From Escherichia phage vB_EcoM_CRJP21, in the sequence record OQ708376.1: DNA of 64,000 nucleotides. One strand, 5' to 3'. Shown here in pieces: positions 34,062 to 44,259 of the stretch (the stretch's first letter is position 1; every line of letters begins with the position of its first letter). The notes beneath the pieces are model-generated. The model worked only from the letters and a program-made list of their open reading frames with translations. It had not been told where the DNA came from and made no database searches. The position numbers and the translations under genes were made by a program.

Positions 34062-34490
34062 ATGGAATTGAGATCTAGTATTGCTTTTATCTGTGACCAA
34101 GAAACTTTAGAAGTTATGGATGTATTGTTGAACGATGATGGTATTATGGATGACATGGTATCTTCTCTTGACTATATACCTGAGCTAGAAACGGATGATA
34201 CTAACGTATGGAGATGTAATATTGATAGTGATTCTTGGATTAATATCTATGAATTACAAACACGAATTGATTCTAAAGTAGAATCATTGAAATATGATAT
34301 CATCTATGCAAGTACTGACACGAAAACTTTTATTGATGTAGTAAGTCTAAGTGGTAATTTTGATTCATATCTGGATACTGATGTAGATAAAATTCAAGAG
34401 ATGTGTGAAACTTATGGACTTGAATTTTATGGTGTAGAAGACCAAGATGATGAAGAATATTATGATGACGAAGAAGATTCGCAGTACTAA
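34062..34490 (+). CDS. Hypothetical acidic protein
   Basis: ORF with RBS aaggacg. Confidence 0.45.
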   Translation: MELRSSIAFICDQETLEVMDVLLNDDGIMDDMVSSLDYIPELETDDTNVWRCNIDSDSWINIYELQTRIDSKVESLKYDIIYASTDTKTFIDVVSLSGNFDSYLDTDVDKIQEMCETYGLEFYGVEDQDDEEYYDDEEDSQY

Positions 34491-34499
34491 GGAGATGAC

Positions 34500-34997
34500 A
34501 TGAACGTATTAACACCTGAAAATAATTCTTTTGACATGGATTTAGTAACAGAACATATCCCTGAAGAAATGTATTGTGTTTTGGATCTAAGCCCAAATGG
34601 TGAATCTGATTTTTATTTTAGACATATTCTAAACACCGTATCATTTAATAGTATTAGTGCTGATCTTCAAATTGGTGAAAAGATTATTCAAGTGCCTCTA
34701 GGATGGCAAATTATGTTAGGTGATGAAGAAACTGGTATGGTTGAGATGTGTACAATTGAAAACATTCTTAACATGAAAGAACCAAAAGCTTTTGTTTACA
34801 ATCCTATCCGTTCAATGTATCCTAAGTTTGAACCAGTCAAAGTACTACGTGTATTTGCATTAACTACAAAGTGGCAGATACCAATGTTACCTAAAAAGAA
34901 TTTACTATGCGTCCCACTACATAGTGGTGAAAATCCACCATGTGTGTACTTTGCAGATGAAAACGAAAAAATTCAAGATTTGTATCTAGGAGTATAA
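34500..34997 (+). CDS. Hypothetical protein
   Basis: ORF with RBS aaggag. Confidence 0.45.
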   Translation: MNVLTPENNSFDMDLVTEHIPEEMYCVLDLSPNGESDFYFRHILNTVSFNSISADLQIGEKIIQVPLGWQIMLGDEETGMVEMCTIENILNMKEPKAFVYNPIRSMYPKFEPVKVLRVFALTTKWQIPMLPKKNLLCVPLHSGENPPCVYFADENEKIQDLYLGV

Positions 34998-35001
34998 AAT
35001 A

Positions 35002-35847
35002 GTGTTTGATTTCAGTGATATTAAAAATAAGTCGGTCGATGATGATGAAAAACCAACACAGCATTCTTTTTCTATTGCTGAATTTCTAAAACACATTGAC
35101 CGTGCTGATTATAAGTACTATAATGACATGACCGAAAAAGAACGAAAAGAGTTTACTCCATATACTGTTTTGCGATGGGTAAGCTCTTTAGATGATTCGT
35201 TACAAGTAACCTACCCTAGTAGTAAAGTTGAAAGTGTATTTGGAAAATGGAAATCTGGTGGTAAAGAAGCACTGACTGAACTAGTTACTGAATTAAAGTC
35301 TTCAGGGACAAATGTTTCATCAGTAACTAAGTACTGTCATAGTGATTATGATTGGCGTATTAAATTTGCAGTCCAATCAAAAGATGACGCACAAAAATTA
35401 ATATCCTCAATGGTCGAATTTGGCGTATCAGGTTCAGAAATTGTTTCATTAGTAGATACTGAAGTTGTCAAATACCAACTTATTATGCTAAATGATATGG
35501 TTAATGATGGATTTTGGGATATGAAAGAACATCCAGAATTAGTATATCAGCTTATGTGTTCAGTCCATGATATGATTGGTGGACAAGAAATGCCACGTAA
35601 CTGGTTAAACTTTTCTAAGAATTTCAAAAAGGCAAATAACGAATTATTTGAGTTAATTAAAAGCTCACAACCTGATACTATATCTACTCAAATGAATGAA
35701 GATGAGTACAAAATTGTTCTATTGCAGTATGATAAAAAAACATTTGAGACATTTCTTGACAATAATGGTTTTCAAGATAATGAAAAGAAATCTATGATGA
35801 AATTGTTTAAAGAAGAATGTAAAAAATATGGCAAAGAAATCAAGTAA
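35002..35847 (+). CDS. Hypothetical protein
   Basis: ORF with GTG start and RBS ggag. Confidence 0.4.
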   Translation: MFDFSDIKNKSVDDDEKPTQHSFSIAEFLKHIDRADYKYYNDMTEKERKEFTPYTVLRWVSSLDDSLQVTYPSSKVESVFGKWKSGGKEALTELVTELKSSGTNVSSVTKYCHSDYDWRIKFAVQSKDDAQKLISSMVEFGVSGSEIVSLVDTEVVKYQLIMLNDMVNDGFWDMKEHPELVYQLMCSVHDMIGGQEMPRNWLNFSKNFKKANNELFELIKSSQPDTISTQMNEDEYKIVLLQYDKKTFETFLDNNGFQDNEKKSMMKLFKEECKKYGKEIK

Positions 35848-36538
35848 TAAAGTATATACCTGTAGATTTTGTGATCGTGAATTTAAACGTGAAGAAACTG
35901 TAAACACACATAAATGTATAAAACGTGACCGATACGAAGACCGCCAAAGCCGCCAGATGATGGAGGCTTTTCGTATATATATGCAATTTATGGAATTGAA
36001 TAAGTTCCCATTTAAAAAAGGCGTAGAGCCTTTTATTGCTTTTATAAAGTCAAAGTACTTTAATGATTTTTATAGTTTTGCCGAATACTATTTGAATAAT
36101 AGAGATATTATTAATGTGGACGAGTTTGTAAAGTACTTGATTATCAATAACAAACCAATCACGGAATGGAGTACATATAAAGCAAAAGATGAATGGATAT
36201 TAAAAACAATTCGTGCCGAGCACCCAAAAGAAGCAATTGCAAGAAGTGTTATCTCACTGGTTGAATGGGCTGAAAATTTGAATGTACAATGGAATACTTT
36301 CTTTGAAAATGTAAGTTCTGCCCGTGCAATTGCATGGATTGAGAGTGGTAAAATTTCACCTTGGATTATCTGGCTTGCTCCTAAAAAAAGTACTAATAAG
36401 TTTTTTAAAAAACTATCAAACTCAGAAATTGAATATATACTTAAATACATCGATCCAAGTTATTTTGAAATCAAAACTATAAAATACAAAAAGGATTGTG
36501 ATGAAATTAAGATTATGCTATGTGAGGCAGGATTATGA
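35828..36538 (+). CDS. Hypothetical protein with N-terminal C2HC-type zinc-finger-like motif
   Basis: YTCRFCDREFKREETVNTHKC near N-terminus. Confidence 0.45.
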   Translation: MAKKSSNKVYTCRFCDREFKREETVNTHKCIKRDRYEDRQSRQMMEAFRIYMQFMELNKFPFKKGVEPFIAFIKSKYFNDFYSFAEYYLNNRDIINVDEFVKYLIINNKPITEWSTYKAKDEWILKTIRAEHPKEAIARSVISLVEWAENLNVQWNTFFENVSSARAIAWIESGKISPWIIWLAPKKSTNKFFKKLSNSEIEYILKYIDPSYFEIKTIKYKKDCDEIKIMLCEAGL

Positions 36539-36864
36539 ATGGAAAAAGTATATATAATAAAATACCAGAAGGGTATGTACCTGTACCTAAAGAACAAAAA
36601 TCAAAACAAATATCTCTACTTAGACAAGGATCTATTACTGAAATAACTTTAGATGGTAAAACATTTCAAGTTCATGATCCTGCTCGTATTGAAAAAATTA
36701 TTTCTTTGGTAGAAAGACACGAAGAACGCTTTTTCAGTTTAAGTCAAGAATTGGCAAAGACAAAACAAAATTGTAGATTATTAGAGAATCAAATATCAAC
36801 TTTGACTAATACAGTTAAACAGTTACAGGAGCAAATAAAAAATGCAGGATTCGACCGATTCTAA
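36535..36864 (+). CDS. Hypothetical coiled-coil protein
   Basis: ORF overlapping stop of upstream gene. Confidence 0.4.
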   Translation: MNGKSIYNKIPEGYVPVPKEQKSKQISLLRQGSITEITLDGKTFQVHDPARIEKIISLVERHEERFFSLSQELAKTKQNCRLLENQISTLTNTVKQLQEQIKNAGFDRF

Positions 36865-37480
36865 ACATTATAGAAAAGCCCGAACTGATATTGACATTGA
36901 CTTCAAGGATAGTAAAAGCGTAATCGCTAAACTTCCATGTGTGCGAAGTACTGAAAAAATTACGGAGGATGGTTTAATCCCCCATAATAGTGGTGTTCAT
37001 TTTGATAATATACCTATTGATCCAATCACTGGATTGGCAAGTATACAATATAAAGAAGCTGAAAGGTTAGGGTATCAAAAAGTTGATATTCTTTCACAGT
37101 CAGCTTACATGTATGTTCGTGATAGAGAGCATTTAAAAGAACTAATGAATCAGGAACCAAATTGGGATCTATTGTTAGAACCCGAAATTGTAGAACATCT
37201 ATCGCAAATTAAAAAACATGTAACTTTATTAAATGTATGGAAGCCTAAATCTATAGACGAACTAGCAATGTTTATTGCAATGATTCGCCCAGGAAAAAGG
37301 CAGTGCCAAAGTATGAACACATGGGACGAAGTTAAAGCTACCATATGGGATTATAGTACTATAGGCACTGACCAAGCAGGAAATAAATTACGATATTTCA
37401 AAAAGCCACATGCTTACGCATATAGCTTAATGATTGTTGTACAACTAAATGCTTTAGTTGAACATCTTACTTCTTCTTAA
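36842..37480 (+). CDS. Hypothetical protein with weak resemblance to a segment of DNA polymerase III alpha
   Basis: KVDILSQ...ELAMFIAMIRPG loosely resembles DnaE KMDFLGL...DMIALVALFRPGP; memory-based and unverified. Confidence 0.35.
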   Translation: MQDSTDSKHYRKARTDIDIDFKDSKSVIAKLPCVRSTEKITEDGLIPHNSGVHFDNIPIDPITGLASIQYKEAERLGYQKVDILSQSAYMYVRDREHLKELMNQEPNWDLLLEPEIVEHLSQIKKHVTLLNVWKPKSIDELAMFIAMIRPGKRQCQSMNTWDEVKATIWDYSTIGTDQAGNKLRYFKKPHAYAYSLMIVVQLNALVEHLTSS

Positions 37481-37820
37481 GAGCCACATTACGACGCTTG
37501 ATGCGTTTCTGTGGCAAATTGCTTAAAGAAACTACTGGACCACATACGAAATTCACCGACGGTGTATCGAATCTCTGTGTGTACGGTTCAAATTTCTCCA
37601 TCTCTTCTTGAAAGAATAGACAAACTGGAATGGTTCTATTACTTTGCCACCACCAATCGTGTGCTATACCTAACAATTCGTCTTGCATTGAATCATCCAT
37701 ATCATCGAAACAGTAAAGAGTTGTATACTGTTTGCTTTTGATTTTGATGATACCAACAAACGTTTTACCATCATACTGGATTACAGTAATGAATGGTGGA
37801 ATAGTGTTATATTGATTCAT
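37467..37820 (-). CDS. Hypothetical protein (isolated minus-strand gene)
   Basis: 117-aa ORF; overlaps 3' end of convergent + gene by 14 nt; basic C-terminus. Confidence 0.4.
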   Translation of the reverse strand: MNQYNTIPPFITVIQYDGKTFVGIIKIKSKQYTTLYCFDDMDDSMQDELLGIAHDWWWQSNRTIPVCLFFQEEMEKFEPYTQRFDTPSVNFVCGPVVSLSNLPQKRIKRRNVALKKK

Positions 37821-37877
37821 ATTAGTTCCATAAATATTAGTATAAATTTATACCTATTATTTATGGAAGGAAAAACT

Positions 37878-38855
37878 ATGGCTCATCACGGCGTGTTTAT
37901 GTACCCTTATAATCAGGAAGTATCATTGGGCAATTTTAATATGCCATATAGCAATGAAAAACTAACTATATATAGAGGGGCAAATAATAATTTATCTTTT
38001 ACTGTTCACAACGCTGATGGAAAATATACTTTATTGAAAGATAATGAATATCTTACATTTATGATTTTTGATGCACGAAATAATACTAAACTATTTGATG
38101 TTGTATTAGAAAAACAAGAACCCAGTTGGTTATCAGAAAGTGGACAAGCAAGACAAACATTAGGAAATAAAAAGAAAGTATATTATGGATGTATTGTTCC
38201 AGCAGGAGTTATTCAAGATACCAGTCCTGGTTCAAAATATAGATGGAGCATTACTAAAGTAACAATGGATGGTTCACTTATAGAACCAACACAATATCTA
38301 TATACAGGGATGAACTTTGAGGCATCAGCAGAGCTAATAATTTCAGACCAAGCAGCACCTGTATTTGTCCCCAGTACTGAAATATCAGTTAATAAAAATC
38401 CAGCATGGACAACTATAAAGCGTTTATATCATGAACCAATTGGAAATGGTATGATTGGTGAATATGATATTCTCGCATCAACTCCACTACCAGCACAAAT
38501 GCAGTTTGGATTAGTAGATGGATTAAGTAGTATTGCAATCTATTTTGATAAATTTATTGGTAGAATACAGCTACAAGGGTGCTTGTGTAACAACGTACCT
38601 AATGATAATGAAAACTATAAATGGTTTATTATTAAATTAGATGGAAAGGATTATATTGAAAATGGAATTGATTCAGAAGGTTTTCCAAAAGAACTTGACG
38701 GAATACAAGCATTTAATTTTAAAGGAAATTATATGTGGTTACGTTTGGTGGTTGCTATTCATCCCAAAATTGTTCCAGTACCATATGACTATGCTGCTGT
38801 CCGAAAAGTGTATGACCCTTTCCTAACAGTACCTAAAATTTTGATACGTAGATGA
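37878..38855 (+). CDS. Hypothetical protein
   Basis: ORF with RBS ggaagga; track ORF begins at 37812 but the first ATG with an SD is 37878. Confidence 0.45.
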   Translation: MAHHGVFMYPYNQEVSLGNFNMPYSNEKLTIYRGANNNLSFTVHNADGKYTLLKDNEYLTFMIFDARNNTKLFDVVLEKQEPSWLSESGQARQTLGNKKKVYYGCIVPAGVIQDTSPGSKYRWSITKVTMDGSLIEPTQYLYTGMNFEASAELIISDQAAPVFVPSTEISVNKNPAWTTIKRLYHEPIGNGMIGEYDILASTPLPAQMQFGLVDGLSSIAIYFDKFIGRIQLQGCLCNNVPNDNENYKWFIIKLDGKDYIENGIDSEGFPKELDGIQAFNFKGNYMWLRLVVAIHPKIVPVPYDYAAVRKVYDPFLTVPKILIRR

Positions 38856-38870
38856 GACAAAACTAGAAGG

Positions 38871-38881
38871 TGTGCTATAAT
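38871..38881 (+). promoter_or_regulatory. Extended -10 promoter TGTGCTATAAT
   Basis: Exact 11-mer 30 nt upstream of primase ATG. Confidence 0.5.
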
Positions 38882-38910
38882 CATTTGTAAGAAAAGACAA
38901 GGATTAACTT

Positions 38911-39966
38911 ATGAACGCTGTACAAAACATAATGGCACAAATTATGAATGATCCAGTACCTGCGATTGGTACATGGTCACAACACAACTGTCCAGCTTGT
39001 GTGTTCAGAGGACATTCAAGGCCGGATACAAAGCACCGTGGTAATCATATGTTCAATGCAGATGGTTCCGTTTCATATAACTGCTTTAACTGTAGTTTAA
39101 AAACTGGTTGGCAACCAGGAAAATATATGAGCAAAGATATGGAGTCTTTGCTCATTTCTTTTGGTGCACAAGATAAAGAAATAGAATTAGTTAAGTTTTA
39201 TATTAAAGAAATGGTTGACAGCGGTGATTTTGCTGCACAAGAAACTGTTGCATCAAAATTGTATGACCGAGTAACAGTACGTGATTTGCCATCAAATGCA
39301 AAAACATTTTGGGAATGGGCTTCTTTACCTGAAGATAAAATTCCACAAGAATTTATAAGTGTTTTGCATAATGTCAATGAAAGAAACCCATATCTGTTAG
39401 ACTTAGAATTATATTGGTCACCTAATAAAGAACATAAAATGTATGACAGATTTATTATTCCATATTTCATGAATGGTAAAATTATTGGTTATACTGCACG
39501 ACATAAATTAAAAGATCCTGGAAGTACATACAGGTTCATAAATCAAGTAAGTACTAATATACTATATAACTATGATTTATTAAAAGATGAACGAATAAAA
39601 ACAATTTTAGTATGTGAGGGTCCGTTAGACGCAGCATTAATGGGTGGTGTATCTGCTAATAACTTTAAATTATCAAACGTACAGATTGATGTATTAAAAG
39701 ATGCACAGCAAAAAGGTAAAAAAATAGTTATTGTTCCAGATAGAGATAAAGATGGATTAATAACTATAGACCAAGCACTTGAAAATGGATTCAGTGTTTC
39801 CTTCCCAGACTTTGGTGCTGTAAGAGAAGGTAGTACAATACGTCATATCAAAGACTTTGAAGAAGCTTGTGCACGATTTGGTAGGTTATTTTGTTTACAA
39901 TTAATACATGATAGTATAGTAGATGAGCCATTTTATATTAAAGCTCAAACGGATAAATGGATGTAA
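38911..39966 (+). CDS. DNA primase (T4 gp61-like)
   Basis: Zinc ribbon CPACVF...CFNC; TOPRIM LVCEGPLDA...VIVPDRDKDG, compare T4 gp61 YVLEGPIDS...VLDNEPRHPD. Confidence 0.85.
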   Translation: MNAVQNIMAQIMNDPVPAIGTWSQHNCPACVFRGHSRPDTKHRGNHMFNADGSVSYNCFNCSLKTGWQPGKYMSKDMESLLISFGAQDKEIELVKFYIKEMVDSGDFAAQETVASKLYDRVTVRDLPSNAKTFWEWASLPEDKIPQEFISVLHNVNERNPYLLDLELYWSPNKEHKMYDRFIIPYFMNGKIIGYTARHKLKDPGSTYRFINQVSTNILYNYDLLKDERIKTILVCEGPLDAALMGGVSANNFKLSNVQIDVLKDAQQKGKKIVIVPDRDKDGLITIDQALENGFSVSFPDFGAVREGSTIRHIKDFEEACARFGRLFCLQLIHDSIVDEPFYIKAQTDKWM

Positions 39967-39988
39967 TACATATAATGAGGGAACATAG

Positions 39989-41509
39989 ATGATTCAAAGC
40001 ACAGTGGATGTGAAACAATATGGGATTAATGCACAACAATACTTATTATCTCAGATTTTCAGTAATCCTGATTTATATGTACGTTGTAAAAATATCCTTA
40101 AACCAGAATATTTTGATAAAACATTTCATGAAAGTATTCAATACGTGCATGATTATGCTGCAAAATATAGTTCATCACCTACTTTGAAAGATATTGAAGT
40201 TAAAGGTGGTTATCAATACGATCAATATGAAGTTCAAGAATTACATAAACAATCAGTACTTGATACCTGTGGTGAATTTTGTCGCCATAAAGCATTAGCT
40301 TTAGCCGTTGAAAAAGGAATGGAACTTGTCCATCAGAAAAAATATGGTGGAATCGAAGAACTAATCCGAGAAGCAATGTTGGTAACGGTACAGAATGAGT
40401 TAGGTTTGGATATTTTTGAAAACCCTGAAGATACAATCCGCTCACTCAGTACAATGCAAGGATCATTTAAGAGTGGTTGGGAAACTCTTGATTACAAACT
40501 TTTCGGTGGATTTGGGCGTAGAGAGTTAGAGATCTTTGCTGCTGCATCAGGTGGTGGTAAATCAGTAGTACTGCAAAATTTAGCAGTTAACTTTGCGAAA
40601 GCTGGAATGAATGGTGCATACATTTCACTTGAACTAGCTGAAGAGTTGGTTGCTGTTCGTATCTATGGTATGATGACTGAATCAAAACTCAGTAACGTAA
40701 AAAATGAAGCTGAAAAGATTGGATTTGCTGTTAAAGTTGAAGGTAAAAACAGTGGTATGTTGCGTATTAAACGCTTACCTGAATCTGTAACAACCACAGA
40801 CGATATTGAAAGTTATCTACGTGAATTACAAATTAAGATGGAAATCAAACTTGATTATGTATGCGTGGACTATTTGGATCTATTAACTTCTAATCGTCTT
40901 GGACCAAATGATAAATCCAATACATTTACTAAAGATAAATTTGTATCAGAAGAATTACGTGCTCTTGCATCCAAAATGGATTTGACTGTTTTCACTGCAT
41001 CTCAGTTTAACCGTAGTGGTATGGACGAAGATAAGAAAAGTCAAAGTCAGATTGCTGGTGGTATTTCAAAAATTTATACTGCTGATAACGTAATTTATAT
41101 TGAAGCAAAAAAAGAAACTGGCGAACTATGGTTTGATTTCCAAAAAACACGTAACAGTAGTGCAGTAGGTTCCCGTTTGCGTATGTCATATGATATTGAT
41201 TCATTGAGAGTTCTTGACCACGCAACTACAGTACAACAAATGGAAACCGAAGGTAATGGATTCCGTCACAGCGGTGTTTCTAAGATTGGTGGAGGGAACA
41301 TGGCGTTACCACCCAGCACTATGCAAACATTACGTCATTCGCTTTCTGGTGCAGCTAAATCACCATCTGTGCAACCTGACAATACAGTAACACTAAATAC
41401 TGATAGTGCTCCTAACTCTACGACACAAAACGAAATACAGAATCCACAGACACATGCTGGTACTGATCGTGTTCATGCAATGAAGCAATGGTTAAATCAA
41501 AGGAAATGA
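39989..41509 (+). CDS. Replicative DNA helicase (DnaB family, T4 gp41-like)
   Basis: Walker A AAASGGGKS; Walker B YVCVDYLDLL; SQFNRSG motif. Confidence 0.9.
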   Translation: MIQSTVDVKQYGINAQQYLLSQIFSNPDLYVRCKNILKPEYFDKTFHESIQYVHDYAAKYSSSPTLKDIEVKGGYQYDQYEVQELHKQSVLDTCGEFCRHKALALAVEKGMELVHQKKYGGIEELIREAMLVTVQNELGLDIFENPEDTIRSLSTMQGSFKSGWETLDYKLFGGFGRRELEIFAAASGGGKSVVLQNLAVNFAKAGMNGAYISLELAEELVAVRIYGMMTESKLSNVKNEAEKIGFAVKVEGKNSGMLRIKRLPESVTTTDDIESYLRELQIKMEIKLDYVCVDYLDLLTSNRLGPNDKSNTFTKDKFVSEELRALASKMDLTVFTASQFNRSGMDEDKKSQSQIAGGISKIYTADNVIYIEAKKETGELWFDFQKTRNSSAVGSRLRMSYDIDSLRVLDHATTVQQMETEGNGFRHSGVSKIGGGNMALPPSTMQTLRHSLSGAAKSPSVQPDNTVTLNTDSAPNSTTQNEIQNPQTHAGTDRVHAMKQWLNQRK

Positions 41510-41512
41510 TAA

Positions 41513-41785
41513 ATGTCTAGTAAATCCAATAAAAAGAATCTACTTGATAGTATAGTTGACTATACGCCAGAGAAAGATACATTACAGAGTTTTAGTAATC
41601 GTGCCGACCACGCAATAAACTCTGTGATTCATTTATTGGAGAGCATTGAAGATGAGTTTAACCAAACTGATGCTGAAGATTTAAAAAAACGCTTATTTCT
41701 AAGTATAAAAAACCGAGATTATAAAAAGTTTCAAAAAGGGTTAGAGAATATAGCACTTGATGAAAAACGTAATAAAGGAAATTAA
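41513..41785 (+). CDS. Hypothetical protein
   Basis: ORF with RBS aaaggaaatg. Confidence 0.4.
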   Translation: MSSKSNKKNLLDSIVDYTPEKDTLQSFSNRADHAINSVIHLLESIEDEFNQTDAEDLKKRLFLSIKNRDYKKFQKGLENIALDEKRNKGN

Positions 41786-41951
41786 TATGAAGAAAAAGAA
41801 TATCAAAGAAAATGCATCTTCTGGAGCTACTTCAGCAGGTGCTATTGCATCAGTCAGTACTGGTTTACATTATCCATTACATCGTAGATTGCCTCCTACT
41901 AACTTCTTTGGATACAAAGTCGTAGAGAAAAAAGATAAGGACAAAGAATGA
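41786..41951 (+). CDS. Hypothetical small protein
   Basis: ATG 41786 preceded by aaaggaaatt; track ORF extends upstream. Confidence 0.35.
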
Positions 41952-42340
41952 AACCATATACATTCTACACAATTCACACTGTAGTAGATATTGGTGATGG
42001 TAAAACCCCAACAATCATAGATTCTAAGTTCACTGGTGCTATGAACTTGTCTAGGTTGTTGGAAGCTATTATGGTATATGACTATCCAATGATGGTAAGC
42101 GTTGTTAAAAATGAAGTCGATTTATATAAAGATAATAATTCATCTTTTTATAACATGCCAATTTCTTGGGGAAAATGTACCATAAGCACATTCAAATTCG
42201 CATTACCAATGGATGTCGAACTTCGTTTGAATGGTATACCATTGGTTCTACCAACCGAATTAAATGGAAAACGAATAACAAAATTTATCACATCTGGTGA
42301 TGATATTAACATTAGCATCAGCAAACAGACCTTTTCTTAA
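41948..42340 (+). CDS. Hypothetical protein
   Basis: ORF overlapping stop of upstream gene (ATGA overlap). Confidence 0.45.
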   Translation: MKPYTFYTIHTVVDIGDGKTPTIIDSKFTGAMNLSRLLEAIMVYDYPMMVSVVKNEVDLYKDNNSSFYNMPISWGKCTISTFKFALPMDVELRLNGIPLVLPTELNGKRITKFITSGDDINISISKQTFS

Positions 42341-42342
42341 TT

Positions 42343-43341
42343 GTGATAAATATCATAAAGCAAGACAGAGGTCTTTTTATTTTATATGGAGAAATTATGG
42401 ATATAAACCAAACAGCAACTGAACTTCAAAAGTTCGCAGATGCACATAATTTGAATGTTGATGTTTCTGTTATTCTTGATAATATGGATGCAGGTGATTT
42501 TATCACTTTAAATTCTGCGATTGATAATTCTGACAATCGTGAAATATTCCAAATTTTACAAAAATACAAAGCACAGATGAGTGAATGTTATAATTATTTT
42601 AGTACTAAAAATGTTAACAAACATATTAATGAAAGCACTGAACTTCATAGTATTGTTGATTCAATGTCACTAAAGCAATTAGCAGAAGAGTATCATAAAA
42701 ATTATACATATTCAGATATAACAAAACTAACCACACAAGAATTAAAAGCAATTGTATTTGAAGATTTACAAAATCAAGCCACACAAATGCAAGCAAAACA
42801 AATTGCTAAAATGAATGTTTCTCAGGGTCAACAACAAGTCAATCCACAAACTCAAGCTAAAATGAAACAAGCTGAGTTGCAAAGAAATGCTAATAATATG
42901 AAAGTTAGTGTTCCTGGTACACAAAGCGGGACAGATTCGGTTGAACCTGTAGTTGGTGTTGACCCAGGACAAACACCGGAGCAATCATTAGTTATTACTA
43001 AAAGTGGGACTAAGCCAAATGAGTTGAACGTTTTTCCTTTGAGTGATGTTAATCCTATTGATAATCAAAATAATCCAATTCGTGAAGAAAAATCTCCACA
43101 AGAAATTAACAGTGAACTTATGGCTAATTCCAGTTTAGAGCCTGATAGTAATCCTGATACACCATCACCATTGTCACATCACGCACCTGGTATGGGCGAA
43201 ATGATACATGCAATTTCTGATATTGAAAAAGAAGATGATATCTATGGTGATGAAAGTGTTATGGCAAACACATCACAATCTGATAATGATGACATGGTAG
43301 ACCAAATTATCGATTTCTGTCATCGTATGCGAGGTCGTTAA
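42343..43341 (+). CDS. Hypothetical protein
   Basis: 332-aa ORF; likely true start ATG near 42397. Confidence 0.45.
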   Translation: MINIIKQDRGLFILYGEIMDINQTATELQKFADAHNLNVDVSVILDNMDAGDFITLNSAIDNSDNREIFQILQKYKAQMSECYNYFSTKNVNKHINESTELHSIVDSMSLKQLAEEYHKNYTYSDITKLTTQELKAIVFEDLQNQATQMQAKQIAKMNVSQGQQQVNPQTQAKMKQAELQRNANNMKVSVPGTQSGTDSVEPVVGVDPGQTPEQSLVITKSGTKPNELNVFPLSDVNPIDNQNNPIREEKSPQEINSELMANSSLEPDSNPDTPSPLSHHAPGMGEMIHAISDIEKEDDIYGDESVMANTSQSDNDDMVDQIIDFCHRMRGR

Positions 43342-43559
43342 TGAGAACAGTACTAAATGTGCATGGTCACAATACAATGGTTTCTAATGAAGAATATAAA
43401 CTATTACAAAAGATAAAAGCACGCGGTACTGTTCCAGTTGAAAAGGTAAATGAATATTATCAGGAATTAGCTGATAAGATGGTATCACGTGGTGTTCTAA
43501 ATAAAATAGAAAATGATGACGGTACTGAATCTTACCAAACAGTTAGGAGTAGTAAATGA
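43341..43559 (+). CDS. Hypothetical protein
   Basis: ORF overlapping upstream stop. Confidence 0.4.
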   Translation: MRTVLNVHGHNTMVSNEEYKLLQKIKARGTVPVEKVNEYYQELADKMVSRGVLNKIENDDGTESYQTVRSSK

Positions 43560-44227
43560 ATTACGAATATGATCAACAATCAGTTAATCAGATGGCTGAT
43601 TTGTTAAGTGGATTGAATGACATTGAAGCTGGTGAAACACATAACGCATCGGGGGTTCCATATAAAACTGGTGGTGATATCGGTGCTATGGCTTCTATTT
43701 TAACTTCATTAAATGAAGCAGGTATGGATTATGGTGAACCACAACATCCACATATGGTTCAATACAATTCTCCGTATAATGAACATTTATCAGGGAATTC
43801 ACCAGTACCTTCGCCACGACCATCACAAGCACCTCTTAAACCAAAAACTAATTGGAGTTTAGTGGAAGAAAAAGTACAAGGTACTAAATCTACTAAAGTT
43901 TATAGCATTAAGTGTAATCATAGTTCACAAATTATCATGAATAATATTATGATGTATGAAGCAGCACTTACATTAGTTAATCTTCTTAATGAAGGAAGAA
44001 TGTTGACAGATGCAAAAGTACTTGGTATAATCAGTTCGGGTCTTCAATACACGAATGTGATTAGTGAAGCATTGAAAGCAGCCCAGAAACGTCAACGCGT
44101 ACTTAATGAATCGAAGTATGATGAAGCAAAAGATTTAGATATAATTATTGCAGAAAAGAAAGCTGAAGCGTATAAATTAAAAGAGCGTGTATTAAACTTT
44201 CTAAAAGGCGAAGGTTATATAAAGTAA
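43556..44227 (+). CDS. Hypothetical protein
   Basis: ORF with RBS aggag. Confidence 0.45.
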   Translation: MNYEYDQQSVNQMADLLSGLNDIEAGETHNASGVPYKTGGDIGAMASILTSLNEAGMDYGEPQHPHMVQYNSPYNEHLSGNSPVPSPRPSQAPLKPKTNWSLVEEKVQGTKSTKVYSIKCNHSSQIIMNNIMMYEAALTLVNLLNEGRMLTDAKVLGIISSGLQYTNVISEALKAAQKRQRVLNESKYDEAKDLDIIIAEKKAEAYKLKERVLNFLKGEGYIK

Positions 44228-44259
44228 ATAAATGAGTGATATTTTATAAGGAAATACAA

